Shown here one piece after another: positions 9,850-21,783 of a stretch of DNA of 64,000 nucleotides; within the stretch, counting starts at the first letter, position 1, and every line of letters begins with the position of its first letter. The notes under the pieces are model-generated. The model made no database searches, had not been told where the DNA came from, and saw only the letters and a list, made by a program, of their open reading frames with translations. This stretch comes from an uncultured virus (IMG/VR IMGVR_UViG_3300027848_000016) (taxonomy: Duplodnaviria > Heunggongvirae > Uroviricota > Caudoviricetes), in the IMG/VR virus record IMGVR_UViG_3300027848_000016; one strand, written 5' to 3'. The position numbers and the translations under genes are program-made.

Positions 9850-10986
9850 ATGCCACGATTAAGTTTATATAAACCACAAAAAGGTAACGACTACCACTTT
9901 ATAGACAAGCAAGTGCTTGAAATGTTTACTGTTGGCGGTACCGATCTTCATATACACAAGTACTTAGGTACAGATAATCCAACGGATGCAAATGCAACTG
10001 CGGATCAACCTCAATACGATAGTGTAAAACCAACTAATATACAAGACTTACTATTTCTTGAAAATAGGGATAGAAAGTACGATCCAGATATCTACACATT
10101 ACGTGGAATTTATAACGTACAAGATATTGACTTTAATTTAAGCCAATTTGGATTGTTTATGACCAATGACACGTTGATGCTTACTATACATATTAATAGC
10201 AGTGTTAAAACAATTGGTAGAAAAATTATAGCAGGTGACGTAATTGAATTACCTCACTTAAAAGATGAATACGCACTAAACGATCACAGTGTAGCACTTA
10301 AAAGGTTCTATGTTGTAGAAGATGTTAATCGTGCAAGTGAAGGATTCAGTCAAACTTGGTATCCGCACTTGTATAGACTTAAACTTAAACAAATTATTGA
10401 CAGTCAAGAATTTAAAGAAATACTTGACCTCCCTGCAGAAGAAGAAAATCCAGGTGGCAATACATTACGTGATTTGCTTTCAACATATGATAAAGAGATG
10501 CAAATCAATAATGCTGTTATAGCGCAAGCAGAAGTAGATGCTCCTAAATCAGGATACAATACTAATCATTACTTTAGCCTACAACTAGATGCAGATGGTA
10601 ATACCCAATTAGTTGACACTGATGCCGATAATATTCCTGATACAATGCAAACAGTAGAACGTTCTGGATATAACGGTTATTTACTAGGAGATGGTATTCC
10701 AACAAATGGAGAAGCATTTGGATTTGGAATTACGTTTCCGGGTGTGCCTATTACAGGAGATTTCTTCTTACGCAATGATTTTGCACCTAATAGATTGTTT
10801 AGATATGACGGAGTGCGTTGGGTTAAGCAAGAAGATAATGTTAGAATGACACTAACAAACACTAATATACGCAGTACGCAAAAAGGTACGTTTGTTAATA
10901 ATACTAGTACCGACACTATCGGTGGTGAAACAACTACTGAAAGACAGAGTTTGTCTCAAGCACTTAGACCACGGGCGGATAATTAA
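9850..10986 (+). CDS. Neck protein (T4 gp14-like head closure) with C-terminal extension
   Basis: QDLLFLENRDRKY, LSQFGLF, GDVIELPH; divergent from the gp13-like gene and upstream of the gp15-like gene. Confidence 0.7.
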   Translation: MPRLSLYKPQKGNDYHFIDKQVLEMFTVGGTDLHIHKYLGTDNPTDANATADQPQYDSVKPTNIQDLLFLENRDRKYDPDIYTLRGIYNVQDIDFNLSQFGLFMTNDTLMLTIHINSSVKTIGRKIIAGDVIELPHLKDEYALNDHSVALKRFYVVEDVNRASEGFSQTWYPHLYRLKLKQIIDSQEFKEILDLPAEEENPGGNTLRDLLSTYDKEMQINNAVIAQAEVDAPKSGYNTNHYFSLQLDADGNTQLVDTDADNIPDTMQTVERSGYNGYLLGDGIPTNGEAFGFGITFPGVPITGDFFLRNDFAPNRLFRYDGVRWVKQEDNVRMTLTNTNIRSTQKGTFVNNTSTDTIGGETTTERQSLSQALRPRADN

Positions 10987-11267
10987 TGCAAATTTACAAA
11001 TGTACACATATCGAAAGCGGAAAATGCTATATAGGTCAAACTATACAAAGTGTTGATCGCTGCAAGTATGAACACCTTTCACATTCAAAACATTCTAAAA
11101 AAACATATCACTTTCATAATGCGTTAAGAAAAGACGGTGGACCAATGAAGGGGAAAACTTGCTCAGAGGAACATAAAAGAAAAGTAAGTTTAGCAAATAA
11201 AGGCAAATTTAAAAACAAGACTTGGAAGCTAATCGACGGCAAACGTGTTTGGATGGAGGCAGAATAA
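10986..11267 (+). pseudogene. Internally deleted GIY-YIG homing endonuclease relic with NUMOD3-like motif
   Basis: IYKCT...GKCYIGQT...FHNALRK joined directly to MKGKTCSEEHKRKVSLANKGK; only 93 aa. Confidence 0.7.
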
Positions 11268-12799
11268 TGGGATATCAACATTTTTACGATGGTCAAATAC
11301 GCAGATACATAACGCAGCTTGTGCGTATGATGAGTAACTTTAGTTATAAAGATGGCAAAGGTGCTCTCACTCAGATTCCAGTTATGTACGGTGATTTAAC
11401 TCGGCAAGTTGCCAACATCATTAGAGAAAACTCAGAAAATAAGATTCCAAGCGCACCAAGAATGGCTGTATATATTACTGGTCTTGAAATGGATGTCAAT
11501 CGTCTAAGTGACAGCAGCTACGTTAACAAAGTAAATATTAGAGAACGTGCATATGATGCAGCTGGTAAAGAATATTTAAATACTGAAGGTAAAAATTTTA
11601 CCGTTGAAAGACTGATGCCTACTCCATATACACTAACTGTTAATGTTGATGTGTGGAGTTCAAATACAGATCAAAAGCTACAAATATTAGAACAAATTTT
11701 AATGTTGTTTAATCCAAGTTTAGAGATTCAAACAACTGACAACTACATTGACTGGACAAGTTTAAGTGTTGTTAATATGACAGGGCTAACATTTAGCAGC
11801 AGAACAATTCCTACAGGAACAGAAAGCGATATTGATATTGCTACGTTAACTTTTACTACACCTATTTGGATTAGTCCACCAGTTAAAGTTAAACGGCTCG
11901 GAGTCATTACGCAAGTCATACACAGTATTTTTAATGAAAGTGCCGGAACAATTGATCTTGATTTGTCAAGAGGTGGAGTAGGCCATACAACAAATCCTTC
12001 AGCGACGACAGAAGCTGATATTAGAACTAAAATAGTAAAAGATCAAACCGGAACAACTTCAATAGATAGCGGAGTTAAAGAAGTAATTAATCTTGAAAGC
12101 ACTTGGATAAGTGATGTTGATGCTTCTTTAATATCTTCACATGATAACTACAGTCTACTAGTATTAGGCACAACTGCTAAATTAGTTAGAAAAGGTATTG
12201 TGGGTGCAGAAACTTGGACAGGATATTTAAAATCTATGCCGTTTGAATTTGATAGTGGTATTACAGAGTTAAGATTAACTAGACGAGATTTAGATAACGA
12301 AATCGTAGGCACTGTTGTGGTTAATCCATTAGACCAGTACGAATTAGCAATTGTATGGGACGGCGATACATTACCTGCAGACACAGTAATGTCAGGCCCG
12401 GGTGTTGATCGCAATAAGATTGATTATATTATTAATCCTTATAAAACTAATCCTACAGACTTAAAAGCAAGTAATCCTCGTATACTAATACTTGCTGATA
12501 TTAACGATAGTGATAATGTAGGCCAAGATGCAGGATATGAAACGCCCGACAACTATGCATACGATGGCCCAGATGCTTGGAAAAATAACGACGGTTCAGA
12601 CTTTGTTGCAGGCGCTAATGACATTATCGAATGGGATGGTGTTCGCTGGCATGTAGTATTTGACGCTAGTACGCAGGACGATACTGTTGTGTATACATCT
12701 AATCTTAATACCGGCAAACAATATAAGTTTGAAGCAAGCGAGTGGATACTAGCATACGACGGTGAATATCCAAACGGCACATGGAGACTTGCATACTAA
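11267..12799 (+). CDS. Tail terminator / sheath stabiliser (T4 gp15-like) with C-terminal extension
   Basis: FYDGQIRRY, IPVMYG, PRMAV, PTPY, QILEQIL..FNP; ATG overlaps stop of the previous ORF. Confidence 0.85.
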   Translation: MGYQHFYDGQIRRYITQLVRMMSNFSYKDGKGALTQIPVMYGDLTRQVANIIRENSENKIPSAPRMAVYITGLEMDVNRLSDSSYVNKVNIRERAYDAAGKEYLNTEGKNFTVERLMPTPYTLTVNVDVWSSNTDQKLQILEQILMLFNPSLEIQTTDNYIDWTSLSVVNMTGLTFSSRTIPTGTESDIDIATLTFTTPIWISPPVKVKRLGVITQVIHSIFNESAGTIDLDLSRGGVGHTTNPSATTEADIRTKIVKDQTGTTSIDSGVKEVINLESTWISDVDASLISSHDNYSLLVLGTTAKLVRKGIVGAETWTGYLKSMPFEFDSGITELRLTRRDLDNEIVGTVVVNPLDQYELAIVWDGDTLPADTVMSGPGVDRNKIDYIINPYKTNPTDLKASNPRILILADINDSDNVGQDAGYETPDNYAYDGPDAWKNNDGSDFVAGANDIIEWDGVRWHVVFDASTQDDTVVYTSNLNTGKQYKFEASEWILAYDGEYPNGTWRLAY

Positions 12800-12812
12800 G
12801 ATAATTATTAGT

Positions 12813-13250
12813 ATGAGTCCAAATACTATCATTTGCAGTGGCGCAATTGTATACGCCCTTAACACTAAACGCTTTTTATTCTTACATAGAGTAAAAGGTC
12901 GTTCGGGTGATTTATGGGGATTAGTTGGTGGCACAACTGAAAAAGCCGAAACTCCTTGGGAAGGCCTAAAGCGTGAAATCTTTGAAGAAATTGGTGAAAT
13001 TTCTATTAAGAAAACAATGCCCTTAGAAACGTTCATTAGCAACGATACCCAATTTCACTTTCATACATATCTGTGTGTAGTAGAAGAAGAATTTATGCCT
13101 CTACTAAATAACGAGCACGACGGTTATGCATGGGTAGAGTTTGGTAAATGGCCTCGTCCACTACATCACGGATTAAACAACACCTTACAAAACAAAGTTA
13201 ATTTAAAAAAACTTGAAACAGTTTTTAAAGTTATAGATTTATTAGATTAG
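12813..13250 (+). CDS. NUDIX hydrolase
   Basis: Nudix box GGTTEKAETPWEGLKREIFEEIG; LNNEH..YAW. Confidence 0.9.
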   Translation: MSPNTIICSGAIVYALNTKRFLFLHRVKGRSGDLWGLVGGTTEKAETPWEGLKREIFEEIGEISIKKTMPLETFISNDTQFHFHTYLCVVEEEFMPLLNNEHDGYAWVEFGKWPRPLHHGLNNTLQNKVNLKKLETVFKVIDLLD

Positions 13251-13260
13251 AGAATATTAA

Positions 13261-13596
13261 ATGAACGACACAGTTATTAAAACTGATTACGGATACGAAA
13301 TTGTATGGGCAGACGCCGAAACATATTGTGGGAAAATTTTAGTATTTGAAAAATCAAATAGTAAAATGCCTTTGCACTTTCACAAGGATCGATCAAAAAG
13401 CTGGTTTGTTAATGCTGGTAAATTTAAAATACAATGGATAGACACTACAGACGGAAAAACGTATGCTCAAGAATTGCTAGAAGGTAGTGTATTTCACATA
13501 CCAGAACTAATGCCAGTTATGCTAGAGAGTTTAGCAGATAATAGTGCAATAGCAGAAACAAGTAATAACAACAGCAATTATTTTAGGTTAAGCTAA
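13261..13596 (+). CDS. Cupin-fold protein
   Basis: GYEIVWA, YCGKILVF, LHFHK; second metal-binding motif appears degenerate. Confidence 0.65.
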   Translation: MNDTVIKTDYGYEIVWADAETYCGKILVFEKSNSKMPLHFHKDRSKSWFVNAGKFKIQWIDTTDGKTYAQELLEGSVFHIPELMPVMLESLADNSAIAETSNNNSNYFRLS

Positions 13597-13853
13597 TGTT
13601 AAAATTAAGTCAATCAACTAAATTTCAAAAAGAATTTAAAAGATACAAGTCTGTTATTGATAAAATAGAAAACGAATCTGTGCGCCAACGTAATTATAAA
13701 CTGTTAGACGAATTAAGACACCAATGCAATTTAATTGACGAAACACACAGTACAAATAATAAAAGTATTGATCCAACAAAAGTGCGTGAAAATGTAGAAA
13801 AAATGGTCAGTATAAGAATGACATTAAATCAACTAGTAAAAGATTTTAAATAA
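13596..13853 (+). CDS. Hypothetical protein
   Basis: 85 aa ORF, translationally coupled (TAATG). Confidence 0.65.
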   Translation: MLKLSQSTKFQKEFKRYKSVIDKIENESVRQRNYKLLDELRHQCNLIDETHSTNNKSIDPTKVRENVEKMVSIRMTLNQLVKDFK

Positions 13854-14823
13854 CGCTTAATCGCTTAATAGTAATTCCGCCTACCATTGCCACGTGCAAT
13901 TGACACTGATATCTGTAAGTTCCGAATATAGATTCCGGAACTCTCCAATATAATGTTCCGCTAGATTTATCTTGAGCTGCTGCTCCGATAGATACTACCC
14001 CTGTAGTTGACACATGTACTAATCCAGTATTATAAGGAGCACCTGCAGAATCTTGTATTTGAAAAGGATGTCCAGGAACAGCACTTAAATCAAATGCAAT
14101 TGTTGTTCCTGCTAGTACATATATTGTAGGATTATTGCCTGCATAATGACTATTAAATGTATATACTGACGTTCCTACATTATCAACTCTTAGCATTGCA
14201 ATAGCAGGCTCGTATATCTTATCAATGGTTAAACTTGCAGTCGATGCGTCTGTTAATGTTGCAAACGTAGTAGAAGCGGCAGCGGAAGTGATTGTAATAT
14301 TACCTTCTGCATCGCTGCTAGTAGTAATTCCGGTGCCGCCAATAATTTGTATACTTTCGTTAGATGATATAATTCTTAATGTAGAATCATCAGCAGCTAT
14401 CGAAAATAACTCTGCAGATCCCAATGGTATTCCTGTAGATAATAATATAGCATTATCTACGTAAGCCGCTGTAGCATAACCTGCTAAACTAGGTATTGTA
14501 GGAGTATTTATTAAATCGTTATAACTGCCACTAGTTGCAACTGTTGCAAAAGTTGGTTTATTATTAACATTATCCCATTCAACTCCGCCTGTACTACTAA
14601 CTCCGGCAGCAGTTGCTTTTGCTAAAAAATTTGTATTTGAAACATTATTAAGATCAGCACGAGCAATTTCAAAACCACCGGCAATTTTTCCGTTATACAC
14701 TCGAAGGCTACTAGAATCACTATTAAAATAAACTTGACCGTTAGAACCTACGTTACGATCTAAGAAATCGTTAGGTCTTGGTATAATTCTAATTCTATCT
14801 ACAATTGGTGCTGATGACGCCAT
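13846..14823 (-). CDS. Putative virion protein with C-terminal cupredoxin-like domain
   Basis: Fibre-like motifs (NKPTFATVATSGSYNDL); C-terminal GHPFQI...YRYQCQLHVAMVG with His/Cys/His/Met; TAAATA and GGAG upstream. Confidence 0.7.
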   Translation of the reverse strand: MASSAPIVDRIRIIPRPNDFLDRNVGSNGQVYFNSDSSSLRVYNGKIAGGFEIARADLNNVSNTNFLAKATAAGVSSTGGVEWDNVNNKPTFATVATSGSYNDLINTPTIPSLAGYATAAYVDNAILLSTGIPLGSAELFSIAADDSTLRIISSNESIQIIGGTGITTSSDAEGNITITSAAASTTFATLTDASTASLTIDKIYEPAIAMLRVDNVGTSVYTFNSHYAGNNPTIYVLAGTTIAFDLSAVPGHPFQIQDSAGAPYNTGLVHVSTTGVVSIGAAAQDKSSGTLYWRVPESIFGTYRYQCQLHVAMVGGITIKRLSVI

Positions 14824-14976
14824 GCTGTTGCTGTCTCCTATATTGTATTTATTACCTACAAGCCAAAATGTATAATCAGTAAAAACTTGTACAATAAATA
14901 TGTTAGAGGAGCTAATTCATATCTAAAAGATTATTGAAAAACTGCTTATAAAATAAACAATTAAAGGAAAAGATAT

Positions 14977-16951
<1,975 letters not shown>

Positions 16952-16959
16952 ATAAGGAT

Positions 16960-16990
16960 AAAAAAGCAGAGTTAAACTCTGCTTTTTTTT
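16960..16990. terminator. Bidirectional rho-independent terminator between convergent genes
   Basis: AAAAAAGCAGAGT-TAA-ACTCTGCTTTTTTTT perfect inverted repeat with A and T tracts. Confidence 0.85.
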
Positions 16991-17426
16991 ATGGCTTAGT
17001 TGGCCACTGTGGATCCCAGGGATAACCTTGTTGTTCCGTTACATCTCGCAGTGCCTGGCGATAAGTTCCCCATTCAGCAATTTTTTCTGCGATCATTTTT
17101 TCTTGAATTGAAGGAAATTCAGTATAATCACTTTCAACAAGTAATTGAGTTCTCTTCTTGAGAGCCGCTTCTTCCAATTCTAGCTGATTGGGCGGTATTG
17201 TAATATACCACTCCCCAATTCCTTCAGTAAGTTCGCCGAACTCGCCGGCCTTCAACCGAACATACATGTCAGACTGAAAACTATCGCTAAACGCTTCAGT
17301 TGCATAAAATGGAATCGAATTCTGACATCCTTTAAACAGTACGGTACACCAAACTGCATCTACGCCTAGCATACTAGCAGCCTTAGTAACTTCTTGAATA
17401 TCATCTATTGTAAATACCTTTGACAT
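16989..17426 (-). CDS. Phage tail (fibre) assembly chaperone-like protein
   Basis: C-terminal R..LL.ESD...W..YRQALRDV..Q.GYPW...WP.KP. Confidence 0.75.
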   Translation of the reverse strand: MSKVFTIDDIQEVTKAASMLGVDAVWCTVLFKGCQNSIPFYATEAFSDSFQSDMYVRLKAGEFGELTEGIGEWYITIPPNQLELEEAALKKRTQLLVESDYTEFPSIQEKMIAEKIAEWGTYRQALRDVTEQQGYPWDPQWPTKP

Positions 17427-17452
17427 AATTCCTCCTAGTATTAATTGTATCT

Positions 17453-18058
17453 CTAGTTATTTATCCCAGTTGTTAATACTCCTAGTTTTGGGCGTTTATC
17501 AAACGCATATTCTGGGTAAAACGGGCCATTGACATCGATATAGTGAAAAAATGCCTGCACTTGATAGCTGGTGTTACTTGCTACAAACGGATCTCTCCAA
17601 TGCTCAACATCACATCCTCTATAAATTATAGCATCTCCCGGATCTTGATTAATTAACATATCAGGTTCAACATACATCCCCCAACGATAATCTGCAGGGG
17701 TTGATTTATAGTTAAATCCAAAACATACAGTTGTGCTTATTTCGCAACTTGGCCTATCTCGATGTCTATGCAACTCCATACCTGGTCGATATACGCGGTA
17801 ATATGTATAAGTGGGACATAGTTTTAAACCGGTATTTTTTTCCATGTGCGGTTGCAAAAAATGTATCATTGTTTCCATTAATGTATCGCCGTAGACTGAA
17901 TGAGAATTTTCTACTTGCGCAGTAGTACCTAAATCTGGTGAAAATTCTGTTTCTTCTTTTAGTAGAGCGTATCGTGTAATTATACGGCATAAATCAATAG
18001 GAACTAATTTTTTTACATCAATGTATTTGTTTTTTTTAAATAGATCTGGGTTATTCAT
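17453..18058 (-). CDS. 2OG-Fe(II) oxygenase superfamily protein
   Basis: PTYTYYRVY, HRDRPSCE (HxD), PGDAIIYRGC..EHWR, QAFFHY. Confidence 0.8.
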   Translation of the reverse strand: MNNPDLFKKNKYIDVKKLVPIDLCRIITRYALLKEETEFSPDLGTTAQVENSHSVYGDTLMETMIHFLQPHMEKNTGLKLCPTYTYYRVYRPGMELHRHRDRPSCEISTTVCFGFNYKSTPADYRWGMYVEPDMLINQDPGDAIIYRGCDVEHWRDPFVASNTSYQVQAFFHYIDVNGPFYPEYAFDKRPKLGVLTTGINN

Positions 18059-18843
18059 TTAAATGGTGCTCCTAAACTCCAGCTAACTAAACTATATCTA
18101 GTACCGCAAGTAACTGGTGTTACTTGATGAGGGACGTGTGAAGGAAATACTATAATTGATCCTTTTGGTCGAATTTCAGTACAAGTATGATATTGATCTG
18201 GGCGATGCGCTCCTAAATCAAATTTTAAGTTACCTCCTTCATAGTCGTCGGGATTGTTAAGGCTAATAGTTACACTAAGTTTGCGTATTTTTCCAATCAT
18301 ATTGGAATTATCTGTTGCCTGATGATCCTCTGGAGATGTTTCTCCAAAATGATTAGTATACGGAGATCCGTTGGTATTTTTACGAATGGAGTCAACTTCA
18401 GGGTTAAATAGTCGATACGGCAATTCTGATGAATCAGAATGCCAACCGTAGAATTGATCAACACTGTACTTTGTAAATTGCATGTCTTCGGTATAATCCC
18501 AATCAAAGTTCCAGGCAGCACGCTGATTGGCTTCTCGAATAAAAGGCCATACAAGATCATATAAATTTGGATCATTTAAAAATGTTACCGACGAATCTCT
18601 AAGATATACATTATCAATGTCAATGCCTTTGTTAACCAAATTTGCAGCAGTTTCAGTGTTTGAAGGAATTTTATCCTTACCAGCTTGCTTTTGTCTCCAT
18701 CCTCCAGTTGTTCCTGCTATTACATGGTCTCCAAATTTTTTACGCTCGTCGTGCATTTTCCTTAAACCCATTTCGACTATTTGGTCGCAGATATATTCGG
18801 GAATTGCCGATTTAAAGTACCAGTAATGATATTTTAGTATCAT
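18055..18843 (-). CDS. 2OG-Fe(II) oxygenase (prolyl-hydroxylase/PKHD-like)
   Basis: QFTKY, YGWHSD, RKLS, YEGG, GSIIVFPS..PHQVTPVT.GTRYSLV.W. Confidence 0.9.
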   Translation of the reverse strand: MILKYHYWYFKSAIPEYICDQIVEMGLRKMHDERKKFGDHVIAGTTGGWRQKQAGKDKIPSNTETAANLVNKGIDIDNVYLRDSSVTFLNDPNLYDLVWPFIREANQRAAWNFDWDYTEDMQFTKYSVDQFYGWHSDSSELPYRLFNPEVDSIRKNTNGSPYTNHFGETSPEDHQATDNSNMIGKIRKLSVTISLNNPDDYEGGNLKFDLGAHRPDQYHTCTEIRPKGSIIVFPSHVPHQVTPVTCGTRYSLVSWSLGAPFK

Positions 18844-19457
18844 TTAAATATTGCTCCATGAACATGTCCTACTATAATACGTTTAACTCCATTAGTTACA
18901 GCGTTAATTTTGTAAGGCATGTATGATGGAAAAATTAAACAAGCGCCTTGATCGTTCAATTCCGATTGTGATGTATCGATATTTAAAAATTCAATATCAC
19001 CGCCATTGTATGTTGTAGGATCAGACAAATTGATTATAAAGGTAATTTTTCTAGAAGGGGCCATCGGCGTTAATTCTAAATGCATGTTATAGAAATCGTC
19101 TTCTGAATATGTAAATACTTGGGGGAAGTCTTGGTCAATAATTCCTATAAGATTGAAATCGTAAATTTCGGTATTTGCATTTTTTGTAATTTCTCTAATA
19201 TTTAGAAAAGGAAATCCAGCAGTGTCGCCGCGCAACTTTTGTCTTTTAGATTGATGAAATTCTTTAGATCCTATAACAGTTGACGGTAGCCATAATTCTT
19301 CAACGCAAGTAGATAGAATCTGATCACACTCGTCCTTAGAAAACATCATAGCTTTATTGATTGATGTAATTTCTAATGTTGGTATGTTTGTTGTAACGAG
19401 TTCTGCCGGGTCAGTAAAATTACTGTCGGACAAAGTTTCTAGATTGTCAGTAGTCAT
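18840..19457 (-). CDS. 2OG-Fe(II) oxygenase-like protein with degenerate metal ligands
   Basis: Start at MTTDNL (GGAG upstream); YNMHLE, RKITF, YNGG, IFPSYMPYKINAVTNG. HxD is HxE and the distal His is Tyr. Confidence 0.75.
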   Translation of the reverse strand: MTTDNLETLSDSNFTDPAELVTTNIPTLEITSINKAMMFSKDECDQILSTCVEELWLPSTVIGSKEFHQSKRQKLRGDTAGFPFLNIREITKNANTEIYDFNLIGIIDQDFPQVFTYSEDDFYNMHLELTPMAPSRKITFIINLSDPTTYNGGDIEFLNIDTSQSELNDQGACLIFPSYMPYKINAVTNGVKRIIVGHVHGAIFK

Positions 19458-19495
19458 TGAGGCACTCCAATTTGTTGTGTTGATGTTTATTCTAA

Positions 19496-19575
19496 TATTT
19501 ATTAGTTTACATAGACTAGTATGTAAATTATGAGTTATCGCTTTCAACATTGTGTAACTAGCAGCTTAATAAATA
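19496..19575. promoter_or_regulatory. Back-to-back late-type promoters inside the enzyme island
   Basis: TAAATA on minus (19496-19501) and plus (19570-19575) strands between divergent genes. Confidence 0.6.
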
Positions 19576-19596
19576 CTTCATAATAGAAGGTAAAAA

Positions 19597-20208
19597 ATGA
19601 GTACCCCGATTTTAACAGACTCAAGTATAACACATGCTCAAGTTCAAGTAACGCCTCGAGAGAATGAATTTATTGAACATTATGTGTTAGGGCCGCACTT
19701 TCCTTGGTTCTGGCAAGATCATCAGACATTTAAAGACGATCCAAACTTACCTTTAGAAATTAAAGAAAATCTTAAGTTTTATAACGGACCGTTCTTAAGT
19801 CATACACTACTACATCGATTCGAGGATGAGAGTGTAAAGCATACCGAACGAGATAGTAAACACATTAGTACACATTTTGAGTTTTTTTTAGAAATATTTC
19901 ACCGATTTATGTCCAACAATGGGCTTAAATATAGTAATATATTTAGAGCAAACTTAAATTTAACTTGGCACTCTAGCGACTTACATTCAGCACCCCATTT
20001 AGATCATACCTGGCCGCATAATAATTTTATTATGTATCTTACTACTTGTAAAGACGGACATACAATTATATGGTCAGAAGATTTTTTAACAAGCTACATG
20101 ATACCGTGTGAAAAATATATTGCAGCAACTTTTAGACAACAATGGCATGCACAGAGATACCCTGCACCAAGTTCTAAGCGAGTTGTATTAGTAATTACAT
20201 ATATATAA
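19597..20208 (+). CDS. 2OG-Fe(II) oxygenase superfamily protein
   Basis: FPWF, RANLNL, PHLDH, IMYL, WHAQ..P...KRVVL. Confidence 0.8.
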   Translation: MSTPILTDSSITHAQVQVTPRENEFIEHYVLGPHFPWFWQDHQTFKDDPNLPLEIKENLKFYNGPFLSHTLLHRFEDESVKHTERDSKHISTHFEFFLEIFHRFMSNNGLKYSNIFRANLNLTWHSSDLHSAPHLDHTWPHNNFIMYLTTCKDGHTIIWSEDFLTSYMIPCEKYIAATFRQQWHAQRYPAPSSKRVVLVITYI

Positions 20209-20223
20209 TATTAGGAAATTTAA

Positions 20224-21783
20224 ATGAATATAGTTATTGTTGGCGGAGGAACAGCTGGATGGGCAACTGCTATGATGGCTGCTAAACGACATCCAGCCCA
20301 TAGTGTCACAGTTATAGAATCTTCTAAGATTGGAATTATTGGGGTCGGCGAAAGCACTACTGGTCGTATGACTGACTTACTGATGAACTTGTTTGACGAT
20401 TATGGCTGTGACATGAATGAGTTTATCGAAGAAACTGGCGCAACTTTAAAATATGGTATTGAGCACAAAGGATGGACTGATAATATTGATCAGTCATACT
20501 TTGGTCCTATTGACGGTAGTTGGACACACGCTAGTGCTCCTGATCCTATATTTTCTTGGGGACTTAAAAAGTTATCGCATGATAAATTACTAACTACTGC
20601 AAAATGTGGATATTGGATTGATAACGGTATATCAACTTTTAACAGAGATACTATGTCATTCTTAACTCCTAATAATGCTATGCATGTAGATGCGCAGTTA
20701 GTAGGAGAATATTTCAAAAGAAAATGTTTAAATAATACAAATGCTAGACATATCGACAGTGAAGTGGTAGACGTTAGTCTTGATTCAATTACAGGAAATA
20801 TTAAAAGTGTTAAATTGCGCAGCGATGAGATAGTCAATGGTGATTTTTTTATCGACTGTACTGGATTTTCAAAAGTATTAATGAATAAATTAGATAGCAA
20901 ATGGATAGGGTATCGAGATCAACTGCCGCTTAATACTGCTATTCCTTTTTGGCTGGATTATGAAAAAGATGAGATACCAGCTATTGCTTCTGTTGCGTGG
21001 GCACAAAAAAACGGATGGATGTGGCAAATTCCGCTGATGGATCGTAAAGGGGCGGGCTATATATTTGATGATAGATTTACTACTGTCGAAAAAGCTCAAG
21101 AAGAAGTTGAAACAATATTAGGTTGCCCGGTCGACGTACGAAAGGTTATAAAGTTTGATGCAGGTCGACAAGAATCATCTTGGATTAAAAATTGTCTGGC
21201 TATTGGTCTATCGTCAGCATTTTTAGAGCCATTAGAAGCAACTTCGATTCATTCAACAATTGTACAAGCACACATGTTCTTGTATCAATACGTAAAACCC
21301 ACGATCGAAGAAACATTAAACGACGGTGCAAGAAAAATTCACAATCAACGAGTTCGTCAGATGTATGACGATATCAAAGATTTCTTAGTCATGCATTATA
21401 TGGGTGGAAGAAGCGATAGTGACTTTTGGAAGTACGTTAAATTTGATATTGACAAACCAGAGTATATATTGAATCTTGTTGAGTTGTCAAAATCAGGGAT
21501 GCCTAATACGCACGAATTTCCTAGCTATCAGGGATCAGCAGGTTGGCCTCTTTATAGTTATGTTATGGCAGGGCTTGGGCTGATAAACAAAGAAGCTGCA
21601 TATGCAGGATTAAATTTTAATCTTTCAGGATATGGCAATTGCGAACAGGCAGCTGCCCATGCATATTATGAATTACAAGATACATGGAAACAAGATGCTA
21701 AAGCCTGTTTAACCTACAAAGAATTTATTCAACATTTTAGAGAGTTAAGATTTAAAAATGGCTTTTCAAATAAACAATATTAA
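20224..21783 (+). CDS. Flavin-dependent halogenase (tryptophan halogenase family) 1
   Basis: GGGTAG, IGVGEST, ATLKYGI (catalytic Lys position), DCTGF, WMWQIP, FLEPLEATSI. Confidence 0.9.
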   Translation: MNIVIVGGGTAGWATAMMAAKRHPAHSVTVIESSKIGIIGVGESTTGRMTDLLMNLFDDYGCDMNEFIEETGATLKYGIEHKGWTDNIDQSYFGPIDGSWTHASAPDPIFSWGLKKLSHDKLLTTAKCGYWIDNGISTFNRDTMSFLTPNNAMHVDAQLVGEYFKRKCLNNTNARHIDSEVVDVSLDSITGNIKSVKLRSDEIVNGDFFIDCTGFSKVLMNKLDSKWIGYRDQLPLNTAIPFWLDYEKDEIPAIASVAWAQKNGWMWQIPLMDRKGAGYIFDDRFTTVEKAQEEVETILGCPVDVRKVIKFDAGRQESSWIKNCLAIGLSSAFLEPLEATSIHSTIVQAHMFLYQYVKPTIEETLNDGARKIHNQRVRQMYDDIKDFLVMHYMGGRSDSDFWKYVKFDIDKPEYILNLVELSKSGMPNTHEFPSYQGSAGWPLYSYVMAGLGLINKEAAYAGLNFNLSGYGNCEQAAAHAYYELQDTWKQDAKACLTYKEFIQHFRELRFKNGFSNKQY

